Shown here: piece by piece, positions 28,453 through 36,999 of the stretch | How positions within the stretch are numbered: the first letter of the stretch is position 1 | Layout of the letters: each line of letters begins with the position of its first letter | Assembly (NCBI GenBank): GCA_030835135.1 | Contig: JAUQWO010000079.1 | Location: forward strand, 39,396 to 103,395 | DNA length: 64,000 bases | Source of the DNA: Bacteroidota bacterium | Lineage (GTDB): Bacteria; Bacteroidota; Ignavibacteria; UBA10030; UBA6906 | Reading direction: 5' to 3' | The notes under the pieces: generated by a model | Databases searched by the model: none | What the model was told of the DNA's origin: nothing | Seen by the model: only the letters and a program-made list of their open reading frames with translations | Position numbers and translations under genes: made by a program

Positions 28453-29829
28453 CTAGTTCACCCTGAACGGTATCGTCAACCACTTCACCGCCGGCACGGA
28501 ACCAGTCATCCCCGGCGAGAACGTGGACCGGAGGATCGCTGTCACGATCGGCTGGTTGAACGCGGGATTGGTGGATTTTGCGATCATGGTCTTGACCGGC
28601 TTTCCCGCCTGATCGATCTGCACCATGACGACCACTTCGCCCGAGGGCATGGCCTGTTGTTCGGTCGTGAACGAGGGTTGCACGAGGTCCACGATGCGCG
28701 GATCGCTGTCCGCCCTGGCCACGTCTGTCTGCACCTGCTGATTGACCGGGGCGATCTCCGCTGACGTGTTCGATGTCACGGTCTGTGCCGTGGAAGTCTG
28801 CAACTGCGCGGTCTCCGGCGGCACTGAATTCTGCACCGTCACGGGGTTCTCCGTGGCAGGTACAGGCGCCGGATCCGGGTTCTGCACGGGAGCACTTGCC
28901 TCGTGAAGATCTCCGGTCGTCTGCGGTGTGTTCACATCGGGCTTCACCGGTCTCTCTGAAGCGATACTCTGTTCTTCACTGCGCGCCAGCGACGCACTGT
29001 CGTCGGCAGCAGAGAGGATCGTCACCAATCCCGTACCTCCCACGAGTGTGGCGAGCAGGACCGAGAAGAGCCACCATTTCTTTCCACCCCTCCGGCCGTG
29101 CGCGGAATCCGAGGCCTCGAGCACTCCACCGGCTTCCGCGAAAGCCAGGGATGCTGACGGTGTGTGGGCCGGTGGTGCGGGGATCGAAGGCGCGGGCACC
29201 CATGCGGTGTCGGCGGCCTGGACCTCAACGATGCGTTCTTCCGGACGGGGGATCGGTGGAGCGGACGGGGCCACTTCTTCGGCGGCCGACGCGACCCCTG
29301 CCCGTTGCTGGAGTTCGACGAGCTGGCGGATGGTCCGCTCGTATTCAAGGGCGGTCTTGTCATCCGGCGCAATGATCTTCACGCGGCGGATCTCCACGAG
29401 CGCGCTGCCGTACGCACCCTTCTTCAGGTATTCGTCGGCGTGTTGGAAGTACTGCTCCTTCAGCTGTGACCGCGCAGCCTCACGGTCGACACGGTCCGGT
29501 GCCGGACGCGGCGGTGGAGGCGGTGCGGCGACGGGCGTTGCCGGCACGCCGGAACGGACGGCCTGGACCGCACCGTGGATCAGGCCGGGCAACGAATCGA
29601 GGAGTTCCTTCTTCTGTGCTTCGCTCGGGTCGGTATCGCGCGGCAGGACGAGCAGCCGTTCGAGCTGCTTCTCCAGCGCGACGAAAAAGGTGGTCTGGGG
29701 ATAGTGTGCCTTGATCTTCCGCAGCCGGATCAGGGCATCGGCGAACTGGCCACCTTCTGCCATCGCCTGGATCTCATAGACCTGTTCTGCCGCCAGGCCC
29801 TGCTGGGATGATGTCGGTCCGCTGCTCAT
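28453..29829 (-). CDS. TPR-like / TM / Pro-rich / TonB_C-domain protein
   Basis: Two helical TPR-like modules; TM WWLFSVLLATLVGGTGLVTIL; C-terminal GEVVVMVQIDQAG..KSTNPAFN..FSPG..WLTIPFRV. Confidence 0.78.
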   Translation of the reverse strand: MSSGPTSSQQGLAAEQVYEIQAMAEGGQFADALIRLRKIKAHYPQTTFFVALEKQLERLLVLPRDTDPSEAQKKELLDSLPGLIHGAVQAVRSGVPATPVAAPPPPPRPAPDRVDREAARSQLKEQYFQHADEYLKKGAYGSALVEIRRVKIIAPDDKTALEYERTIRQLVELQQRAGVASAAEEVAPSAPPIPRPEERIVEVQAADTAWVPAPSIPAPPAHTPSASLAFAEAGGVLEASDSAHGRRGGKKWWLFSVLLATLVGGTGLVTILSAADDSASLARSEEQSIASERPVKPDVNTPQTTGDLHEASAPVQNPDPAPVPATENPVTVQNSVPPETAQLQTSTAQTVTSNTSAEIAPVNQQVQTDVARADSDPRIVDLVQPSFTTEQQAMPSGEVVVMVQIDQAGKPVKTMIAKSTNPAFNQPIVTAILRSTFSPGMTGSVPAVKWLTIPFRVN

Positions 29830-30950
29830 TCTCCGTTCGCCACTTTGTCATAGTGATAGATGAGTTTCAGGGGAGTGTTCGCCGATTGCTGATGATGGCG
29901 GAGCTCCTGCTGACGGATCTTGATCTCAGCCCGCTTGAGGTCCGTGTTCGTCGGGTCGAGGACATAGGCCTTTGCCAGTCCGTCCAGCGCACGCGTGAAA
30001 TCGCCGCTCCGAGCGAACTCCTCTGCCGCCAGGATCTGCAGCCGGATCAGCCGGGCGGTCTCGGCGTTCGTCCGCGGGTCGGCATGTTCGCGTGCCGACG
30101 TATTCTTCCGTTTCCAGATCTCCTCTTCGAGGGCATGCAGCGACTGCGCCGCCGGATCGATCAGCTGGCCGAGAGCGATCTCGGTGAGTGCCTCATCGAA
30201 CGCTGCCGCCGTCATGAGCTCACGCGCACGCGCGAGATGATGCGCCAGCCGCCCGAGTATCGCATCCTCCGCCAGCTTGTCCTGCTCGATGCGGTGGCTG
30301 GCGGCCTCGAGGGCCGTCTGCTGCATGTCCGACAACAACCTGCTGTAGTTGATCAACCGCTCACACTCGAGGAGATCGCGGTCGGCCGGATCGAGCACGA
30401 AGCCGCGCGCCACGAGCTGCATCGCTTCCATGAACTCGCCGCGTGCCGCCAGGTCACAGGCTTCTTCGCAGTAGGCCTGGATCGTGGACCGGACAACGGC
30501 ATAGTGCGTGCCCGTGCCTGTGGGGGTTGAGGGAGCGCTGACCGCCGCGCTGATCTGCTCTTCAAGCGCGGTGATGTCGCCGTTCGTCGGGTCGAGCTGA
30601 CGTGCTTCGCCGAGGATCGCAAGCGCCCCGCTGAAATCGCTGTTCGAGAGTGCGTCGTATGCCTTGCTCAGGAGACCAACGATTTCAGCGAGGGGCATCG
30701 CCGGAACTGCTGGCGGTGCCGGAGTCTTTGTGACCGCGGCCGCGGGAAGAGGGGGAGGTGCTGCGGAGCCGCCTGCATCGGGAGGCATCAACGCTTTCAC
30801 CCGCTCTTCGTACGCTTCCGCATAGCGGTTCTCGGGATTCTCTGCGCGGGCCTTCTGGATGAGAGCGAGTGCGCCGGCGAGGTTCCCCTCACGCACGCAC
30901 TTGTCCGCCAGCTTAAGGAACATCGTATGTGGTGCGCCCGGTCTTTCCAT
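29826..30950 (-). CDS. TPR-like repeat protein
   Basis: Five spaced modules of the form A...G.F..AL..I..A..LDP.N; ATGA overlap with the downstream gene. Confidence 0.78.
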   Translation of the reverse strand: MERPGAPHTMFLKLADKCVREGNLAGALALIQKARAENPENRYAEAYEERVKALMPPDAGGSAAPPPLPAAAVTKTPAPPAVPAMPLAEIVGLLSKAYDALSNSDFSGALAILGEARQLDPTNGDITALEEQISAAVSAPSTPTGTGTHYAVVRSTIQAYCEEACDLAARGEFMEAMQLVARGFVLDPADRDLLECERLINYSRLLSDMQQTALEAASHRIEQDKLAEDAILGRLAHHLARARELMTAAAFDEALTEIALGQLIDPAAQSLHALEEEIWKRKNTSAREHADPRTNAETARLIRLQILAAEEFARSGDFTRALDGLAKAYVLDPTNTDLKRAEIKIRQQELRHHQQSANTPLKLIYHYDKVANGE

Positions 30951-31201
30951 GGTCTTTGTCCTGCGTCACAGGGTACAAAGGGCATGCCATGGCAACAGAT
31001 CGGAGTTTCTCCGCAAGCACCTACGAATTCGCCACTCGTTCGGCGATGGAGTGAGGGAAAAAGGGGAAAAGTGCGGGTGATGAAGGGACACTGGTAACAC
31101 CGGACCCCCCGAATCAGGCTGCGGGGAGGGGTCGGTGGAAGCTTCTACAAATTGCCATGCTGTTATTGCACCCCGCCGGTGACGCACGTCACCGGCATCT
31201 C

Positions 31202-32053
31202 TCAAGGCGCTACATCATGGGCCGACGAGTCCACACGGGCAGTATCCGGCGTTGTGGCGGGAGGGATCTTGTACACCGGCTCGTCCGCCTCCTCCGCGGG
31301 GATCGCCTGCTCCTCGGCCGGGGTGATCTTGATCGGCTGGGGCTGTTCGCGCTTCCAGAAGTAGTAGAATGCAAAGGCAAGGAGTGCGATCGTTGCGACG
31401 ATCGCGATACGGAGCGGCCATACTGTCCGTTTCTCCTCCGGGGGCGGCGGGGGAGCCGGCTGCCCGACCGGTTCCGCGGGCTTGCGGACCGCGCCGTTCT
31501 CCAATCCGCTTTCATCGAAGACCAGCGTCTTCCTCCTGCTGAGTTCGAGCATCTGCAGCACCTTCAATTCGAACTCCCGTGCAAACCGATCGCGGTCGTC
31601 GATGATGAACACGCGCCTGATCTCGGAAAGGGCCTTGTCGTACTCCTTCTTCAGCACATAGGAATGCGCACGTTGCAGGTACTGGTTCTTGAGCCACTGG
31701 CGTGCTGCGCGCACCTGTTCACGCTGCTCGGGAGCCGGTTCCGGCTGACCCGCCGTCTCCGGGGCCGGTGTTGGCGGAGCTTCCGCGGCGGTCGCATTTG
31801 CCACGATCCCGGCGAGCGAGTCGATGATATCCTTCCGCTGGTCGTCGGTCAGCGTCCCTGATGCCAGATGCTCCTGGATCTGTTCGATCTGCCGTTCGAA
31901 TGCGAGAATGAAGACGTTGCTGGGATCGAGCCCCCGTGCCTTGCGTATCGCCGTGAGAGCTTCCTGGATCGCTCCGGAACCCGCGTGGTCGCGCGCTTCC
32001 CCGAGAAGCCGGCGAACGAGCGCCTGTGCGTGGGCTTTGTCGTCGTTAGTCAT
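31202..32053 (-). CDS. TPR-like bitopic membrane protein, paralog of the N-terminal half of 28453..29829
   Basis: Start MTNDD overlaps the GH31 stop; LKNQYLQRA...ALSEIRRV; TM IAIVATIALLAFAFYYFW. Confidence 0.78.
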   Translation of the reverse strand: MTNDDKAHAQALVRRLLGEARDHAGSGAIQEALTAIRKARGLDPSNVFILAFERQIEQIQEHLASGTLTDDQRKDIIDSLAGIVANATAAEAPPTPAPETAGQPEPAPEQREQVRAARQWLKNQYLQRAHSYVLKKEYDKALSEIRRVFIIDDRDRFAREFELKVLQMLELSRRKTLVFDESGLENGAVRKPAEPVGQPAPPPPPEEKRTVWPLRIAIVATIALLAFAFYYFWKREQPQPIKITPAEEQAIPAEEADEPVYKIPPATTPDTARVDSSAHDVAP

Positions 32054-34523
32054 GGTCGATCTCGATTCGTTGCGCTGTCCGCGCGTCCGTGCACCGCACC
32101 GTGATCTCACGGGCTGAAGCGTCATACGCCCAGCCGGCAACACCGGGAACCGGCACGGCGGCGAGCTGGCCCACCACCGTCCCGTTGATATGCACTGCCG
32201 TCGGCGGCTTGTCCGCATCGACGATCCGTATCGCCAGTGTGCGGGTGGGCGGGAGGTATGAACCCTCCGCCGCGCCGATATCGATGATGAGGCGGGGGCC
32301 GATCCGCTGTTGTGCGTGCGTGCGCCGCAGCAGAACGCCCTTCTGGAAATCGAAGGATATCCCGTCGTCCTCGTAGTACGACTGTGTGGAGGTCCCGTTC
32401 GCCCGCAACGGATACACGGTGAGCGTCAGCGGGTCGATCGGTTGCTCGCCGGTGTGTTGCATCACCTGTTGAGACGGAAGGATGGCACCTTCGCGCACGT
32501 AGAGCGGGATGCGTTCCAGCGGTGCGGCCACCGTGGTGTCGCGGCCCCCCGTAACCGGCACGCCCGTCCAGAGATCGTACCAGGTTCCGTGAGGGAATCG
32601 CACCTCACGTGAACGGGCGTCCGCGGTGAGGACCGGCGCGACGAGGATATCACGTCCGAACAGGAAGCTGGACGATTCCTGCAGGAAGCGTCCGTCCGAT
32701 GGATACTCCAGGAGAAGCGGCCGCATGGCAGGGAGGCCGGTGGCGCTGGCTTCGGCCATGACGTTGTACATGTACGGGAGCAGACGATACCGCAGCTGGA
32801 GGCTTGCTCGGTTGATCGCGGTGAACGCCTCACCGTACTCCCATGGCTCCTTGTTCTTCTCGTTGATCACGGAGTGGGCGCGCATCAGCGGGGTGAAGAC
32901 GCCGAGCTGCATCCACCGCGCGAACAGTTCACCGGATGGGTAGCCGATGAATCCGCCGATGTCGCTGCCGCAGAACGGCTGACCGGACAGGCCCCAGTTG
33001 AGACACATCGTGAGGGCGAGGGAGAGGTGCTCCCACGAGGAGACGTTGTCTCCCGTCCACCCCGCGCTGTACCGCTGTCCACCCGCATACGAGGCACGGG
33101 TGAGGACGAACGGGCGTTCGGCCGGATTATGGCGGAGGGCGCCTTCGTACGATGCCCGCGTCATCTGCATCCCGTAGACGTTGTGGTTCCTGGAATGCGG
33201 GGTGCGCAGCCCGCCGTCGTTGTGGATCACGTTCAGGTCGACGGTTTTCGTGGGCACATTGAAGACCGATGGCTCGTTCATGTCATTCCAGAATCCGCGC
33301 ACGCCGGAGCGCACGAGATCCTCCATCTGATCGCCCCACCACCGCCGCCCACCCTCGGAGGAGAAGTCCGGGAATGCACACCGGCCCGGCCAGACATCCC
33401 CGTAGAACACCCGTCCGTCGGGGTAGGTGAGGAAGTGCTTTCCGGCAAGTCCGGTGGTGAATGCCGCATAGGTCGAATCGGCCTTGATGCCGGGGTCAAG
33501 GATGACGGCAACGTGGAAGCCGTCCGCGGTGAGGTCCCGGAGCAACTGCTGGGGCGCGGGAAAATTCTTCGCGCTCCAGGTGAAGACGCGGTACCCTTCC
33601 ATGTAGTCGATGTCGAGGTAGATCACATCACAGGGCATGGATCGTGAACGGAAACCCCGGGCGATCTCGCGGACCCGTGTGTCCGGCGCATAGCTCCACC
33701 GGCACTGCTGGTAGCCGAGCGCCCAGCGCGGCGGCAGGGGCATGCGCCCGACGAGGGCCGTGAAGCGCTCGATCACCGTACGCGGGGCGGGGCCGGCGAT
33801 GACATAGTAATTGAGTTCTCCCCCCTCGGCGCCGAAGGCATACTGATCGCGGGATTCCTTGCCCATGTCGAAGGACGACCAGTACGTGTTGTCGAAGAAG
33901 ACCCCGTGCGCTTTCCCGCCATCGACCGCCATGAAGAACGGGATCGATTGATACAACGGATCGGTGGTGGAGCCATACGCCGGGATGTCGGAATTCCACA
34001 TCGTGACCGCGCTGTTGCGCTTGTCCAGCGTTCCCGATTTCTCGCCAAGCCCGTAATAATGAGCGTCGGGAGGCATGCTCTGCCACACGCGCACGGAGGC
34101 CGTTGCCCCGGCCGTCCAGGCCATCCCCTTGTCCGGATGATCCTGTGTCAGGACCCTGCCGGTGGAATCGGTGATGGTGATCCGCACGGGCTTCTTGGTG
34201 ATCGTCACCCGCAGTGCAGGTGTGGTGAGCGTGAGCGCCCCCGGGGCGTCGGCGAATTCGGTTGCCGGTGCCGGCCACCGTGCGGGGATCACGGCATGCG
34301 ACACGTCAGGGGGGAGTTTCCCTGATGGTGATGGTGGGATGCAGCGGACGCGCGCGACATGGTCGCTGAGCAGGCTGACCTCGACCGTGGCGCCGGTTGC
34401 TTTCAGGATAACGGTGTTGCCCCCGCGTACGACGTACGAATCGGCGTTGCCGATGCTCTGCCATCCGGCCTCGAGCCGGAGTGCCATGAGGAGAAGGAGG
34501 GAACACAACACAAGCCGTCGCAT
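32046..34523 (-). CDS. Alpha-glucosidase (GH31), secreted
   Basis: Signal peptide; YGLGEK, LYQSIPF, GYQQCRWSY, LDIDYM, GFWNDMNEP, WTGDN, GSDIGGF, YEDDG. Confidence 0.94.
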   Translation of the reverse strand: MRRLVLCSLLLLMALRLEAGWQSIGNADSYVVRGGNTVILKATGATVEVSLLSDHVARVRCIPPSPSGKLPPDVSHAVIPARWPAPATEFADAPGALTLTTPALRVTITKKPVRITITDSTGRVLTQDHPDKGMAWTAGATASVRVWQSMPPDAHYYGLGEKSGTLDKRNSAVTMWNSDIPAYGSTTDPLYQSIPFFMAVDGGKAHGVFFDNTYWSSFDMGKESRDQYAFGAEGGELNYYVIAGPAPRTVIERFTALVGRMPLPPRWALGYQQCRWSYAPDTRVREIARGFRSRSMPCDVIYLDIDYMEGYRVFTWSAKNFPAPQQLLRDLTADGFHVAVILDPGIKADSTYAAFTTGLAGKHFLTYPDGRVFYGDVWPGRCAFPDFSSEGGRRWWGDQMEDLVRSGVRGFWNDMNEPSVFNVPTKTVDLNVIHNDGGLRTPHSRNHNVYGMQMTRASYEGALRHNPAERPFVLTRASYAGGQRYSAGWTGDNVSSWEHLSLALTMCLNWGLSGQPFCGSDIGGFIGYPSGELFARWMQLGVFTPLMRAHSVINEKNKEPWEYGEAFTAINRASLQLRYRLLPYMYNVMAEASATGLPAMRPLLLEYPSDGRFLQESSSFLFGRDILVAPVLTADARSREVRFPHGTWYDLWTGVPVTGGRDTTVAAPLERIPLYVREGAILPSQQVMQHTGEQPIDPLTLTVYPLRANGTSTQSYYEDDGISFDFQKGVLLRRTHAQQRIGPRLIIDIGAAEGSYLPPTRTLAIRIVDADKPPTAVHINGTVVGQLAAVPVPGVAGWAYDASAREITVRCTDARTAQRIEIDHD

Positions 34524-34545
34524 GAGAGGTTCCTGCATGTCGGTG

Positions 34546-35649
34546 TCAGAGTGCCTGCTCGGTTGCGGCGTCGAACAGATGAATGCGGGAGAGATCGAAC
34601 AGGAGCTCGCACGGTTTGCCGACCTCGGGTGCCTGCTCCGAGGCGATCCGGGCGACGAGGTGCGAAGCCGACCCGGACGAGAAGTAGATGAAGATCTCGT
34701 TGCCGACCGGTTCAACGACCTCGACCGTGGCGGGTACCGTTGCCAGTGCGCCGACGCCTGAGGGCGGGTGAAGGTAGATATGTTCGGGGCGGATGCCGAG
34801 GGTCACGTTCCCGTGCTGGCCCTGTCCCACGCGGGCGGCGAGCTCGGACGGGAGCGTGAGATGCGTCCACGCCGTCGTTTGCGTGAACGCGAGAGCGCCG
34901 TTTCGGGAGAGGGATCCCGGGATGAAGTTCATCGTCGGGCTGCCGATGAACCCTGCCACGAATTTATTGACGGGCCGGTGATAGATCGCGAGTGGCGCAT
35001 CGACCTGCTGGACCACCCCGTCGCGCATGACGACGATGCGGTCGCCCATGGACATGGCCTCGATCTGGTCGTGGGTGACGTAGATCATGGTGGTCTTCAG
35101 GCGGTGATGCAGCCGTGAGATCTCGGTGCGCATCTGGACGCGCAGGTTCGCGTCGAGGTTGCTCAATGGTTCGTCGAAGAGGAATACCTTGGGTTGGCGG
35201 ACGATCGCGCGTCCGAGTGCGACACGCTGGCGTTGGCCACCGGAGAGGGCTTTGGGTTTGCGGTCGAGGTACGACTCGATCCCGAGGATCTTCGCGGCCT
35301 CGCGCACGCGCTGGTCGATCTCCGCCTTCGGATACTTGCGGAGCTTGAGTCCGAAGGCCATGTTCTCGTACACGCTCATGTGTGGATAGAGCGCGTAGTT
35401 CTGGAACACCATGGCGATGTCCCGGTCCTTGGGTGCCACATCGTTGACCACGCGGCCATCGATGCTGATGGTACCGCCGGAGATCTCTTCCAGACCGGCG
35501 ATCATGCGGAGGACGGTGGACTTCCCGCAGCCTGATGGGCCGACGAGGACGACGAATTCCTGATCGCGGATCGTGGTGGTAACTTCGCGGACAGCTGTGA
35601 CCTTGCCTTCATAGACCTTGGACACCGAATCGAGCTTTACTTCGGCCAT
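34546..35649 (-). CDS. Sugar ABC transporter ATP-binding protein (MalK/MsmK/UgpC-like)
   Basis: GPSGCGKST, VFQNYALYPHM, LSGGQRQRVALGRA, DEPLSNLD, YVTHDQ, GIRPE, TOBE domain. Confidence 0.95.
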   Translation of the reverse strand: MAEVKLDSVSKVYEGKVTAVREVTTTIRDQEFVVLVGPSGCGKSTVLRMIAGLEEISGGTISIDGRVVNDVAPKDRDIAMVFQNYALYPHMSVYENMAFGLKLRKYPKAEIDQRVREAAKILGIESYLDRKPKALSGGQRQRVALGRAIVRQPKVFLFDEPLSNLDANLRVQMRTEISRLHHRLKTTMIYVTHDQIEAMSMGDRIVVMRDGVVQQVDAPLAIYHRPVNKFVAGFIGSPTMNFIPGSLSRNGALAFTQTTAWTHLTLPSELAARVGQGQHGNVTLGIRPEHIYLHPPSGVGALATVPATVEVVEPVGNEIFIYFSSGSASHLVARIASEQAPEVGKPCELLFDLSRIHLFDAATEQAL

Positions 35650-35804
35650 AGGGAAGATTCCTCTCTAGGGGAGCCAAACGTGCGCGGATGGGAGGTGCAT
35701 ACGAAGAATATATTAAGGAGGGCTGAGAAACACAAGCTTTGGAAGGGGTTCCGGTCGGCGTGGAAGTCCGGATGGAAATGAAAGGGCACGGTCACAGATT
35801 TTGC

Positions 35805-35849
35805 TTGACTCGGGTGATGGAAAGGTGTACCTTTGTGGAAGCGCTTCCA
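35805..35849 (+). promoter_or_regulatory. Sigma70 promoter with a LacI-family operator
   Basis: TTGACT(35805)-17 nt-TACCTT(35828), followed by the perfect palindrome TGGAAGCGCTTCCA (35836-35849). Confidence 0.8.
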
Positions 35850-35904
35850 GAGTTACCCCTGGGGTCCTCCCCGAAACCGATGTGTCACAGCAATGCTCTC
35901 CTCG

Positions 35905-36978
35905 ATGGGTGTTACGATCTATGATCTGGCCCGAGAAGCCGGCGTCGGTATCGGGACCGTGTCGCGGTGTCTGAATAACCACCCGCACGTCTCTCCCGCT
36001 ACACGGGCCCGGGTCCTCTCCATCGTGAAGCGGCTCAATTATCAGCCGCATGCCGGAGCCCAGCGCCTCGCCTCCCGCCGCACCAACACGATCTCCGTCA
36101 TCATCCCGTCGTTCACTAACTACTTCTACGTGCAGACCCTGCAGGGTGTGCAGGACGTTGCAGCGGACATCGGGATGGACCTCATGCTGTACGGTGTCAG
36201 TCATACGGCACAGGTCGAACACTACCTCCGCCGCTCGCTCCACCGCGGCCACGTGGATGGCGTGCTGTTCTTCAGTATGATCCTGCCGGAGAGCTTTGTC
36301 GCGCGCTTCCAGCAGATGCGACTCCCCATGGTCCTCGTCGATGCCTATCACCCGGCGTTCGATTCGATCCGGGTCCAGAACAACGAAGGCGGCTACAGCG
36401 CCACGCATCACCTGCTTTCGCTCGGGCACCGGGATATTGCGATGATCAATGCGAGCCTCGACACCCAGCCGGCAAGGGAGCGGATGGACGGCTACCGGCG
36501 TGCGCTGGAAGGTGCGGGCATCCCGTTCCGCGAGGACCGCGTCATCATCTCGTCCGCGGGGAAGAATGACGGGTTCAATCGGGACGCCGGCCGCGATTCC
36601 ATGCGTCGGCTGCTCACGACCACGTCGGGACCCGGCCGTCCGACCGCGGTCTTCATCGCCAGCGACGTCCAGGCCATCGGTGCATTGGAGGGAGCGCGTG
36701 CGGAAGGCGTGCGCATCCCGGAAGACCTCGCGGTGGTCTCGTTCGATGATATCGAACTTGCGCAGTACGCCGAGCTGACCACGATGCGGCAGCCGATGTA
36801 TGAGATCGGCCGGCTCGCGATGGAAAAATTGATCGCACGCATGAAAGATGCCGATGCCGCTCCCACGCTGTCGTCGTTCGTACCCGACCTCATCGTGAGG
36901 CGATCGTGCGGGGCCGCGGCCCATGCGCTTGCGGGCATTCCGGTCCCGTCCCAACCCGCACCGGTCCAGCATTCGTAA
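35905..36978 (+). CDS. LacI-family transcriptional regulator
   Basis: TIYDLAREAGVGIGTVSRCLN HTH, LNYQP...AQRL hinge, DGVL, IPEDLAVVSFDD, LTTMRQP. Confidence 0.95.
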   Translation: MGVTIYDLAREAGVGIGTVSRCLNNHPHVSPATRARVLSIVKRLNYQPHAGAQRLASRRTNTISVIIPSFTNYFYVQTLQGVQDVAADIGMDLMLYGVSHTAQVEHYLRRSLHRGHVDGVLFFSMILPESFVARFQQMRLPMVLVDAYHPAFDSIRVQNNEGGYSATHHLLSLGHRDIAMINASLDTQPARERMDGYRRALEGAGIPFREDRVIISSAGKNDGFNRDAGRDSMRRLLTTTSGPGRPTAVFIASDVQAIGALEGARAEGVRIPEDLAVVSFDDIELAQYAELTTMRQPMYEIGRLAMEKLIARMKDADAAPTLSSFVPDLIVRRSCGAAAHALAGIPVPSQPAPVQHS

Positions 36979-36999
36979 TACAACAGGAGCCATTCACGC

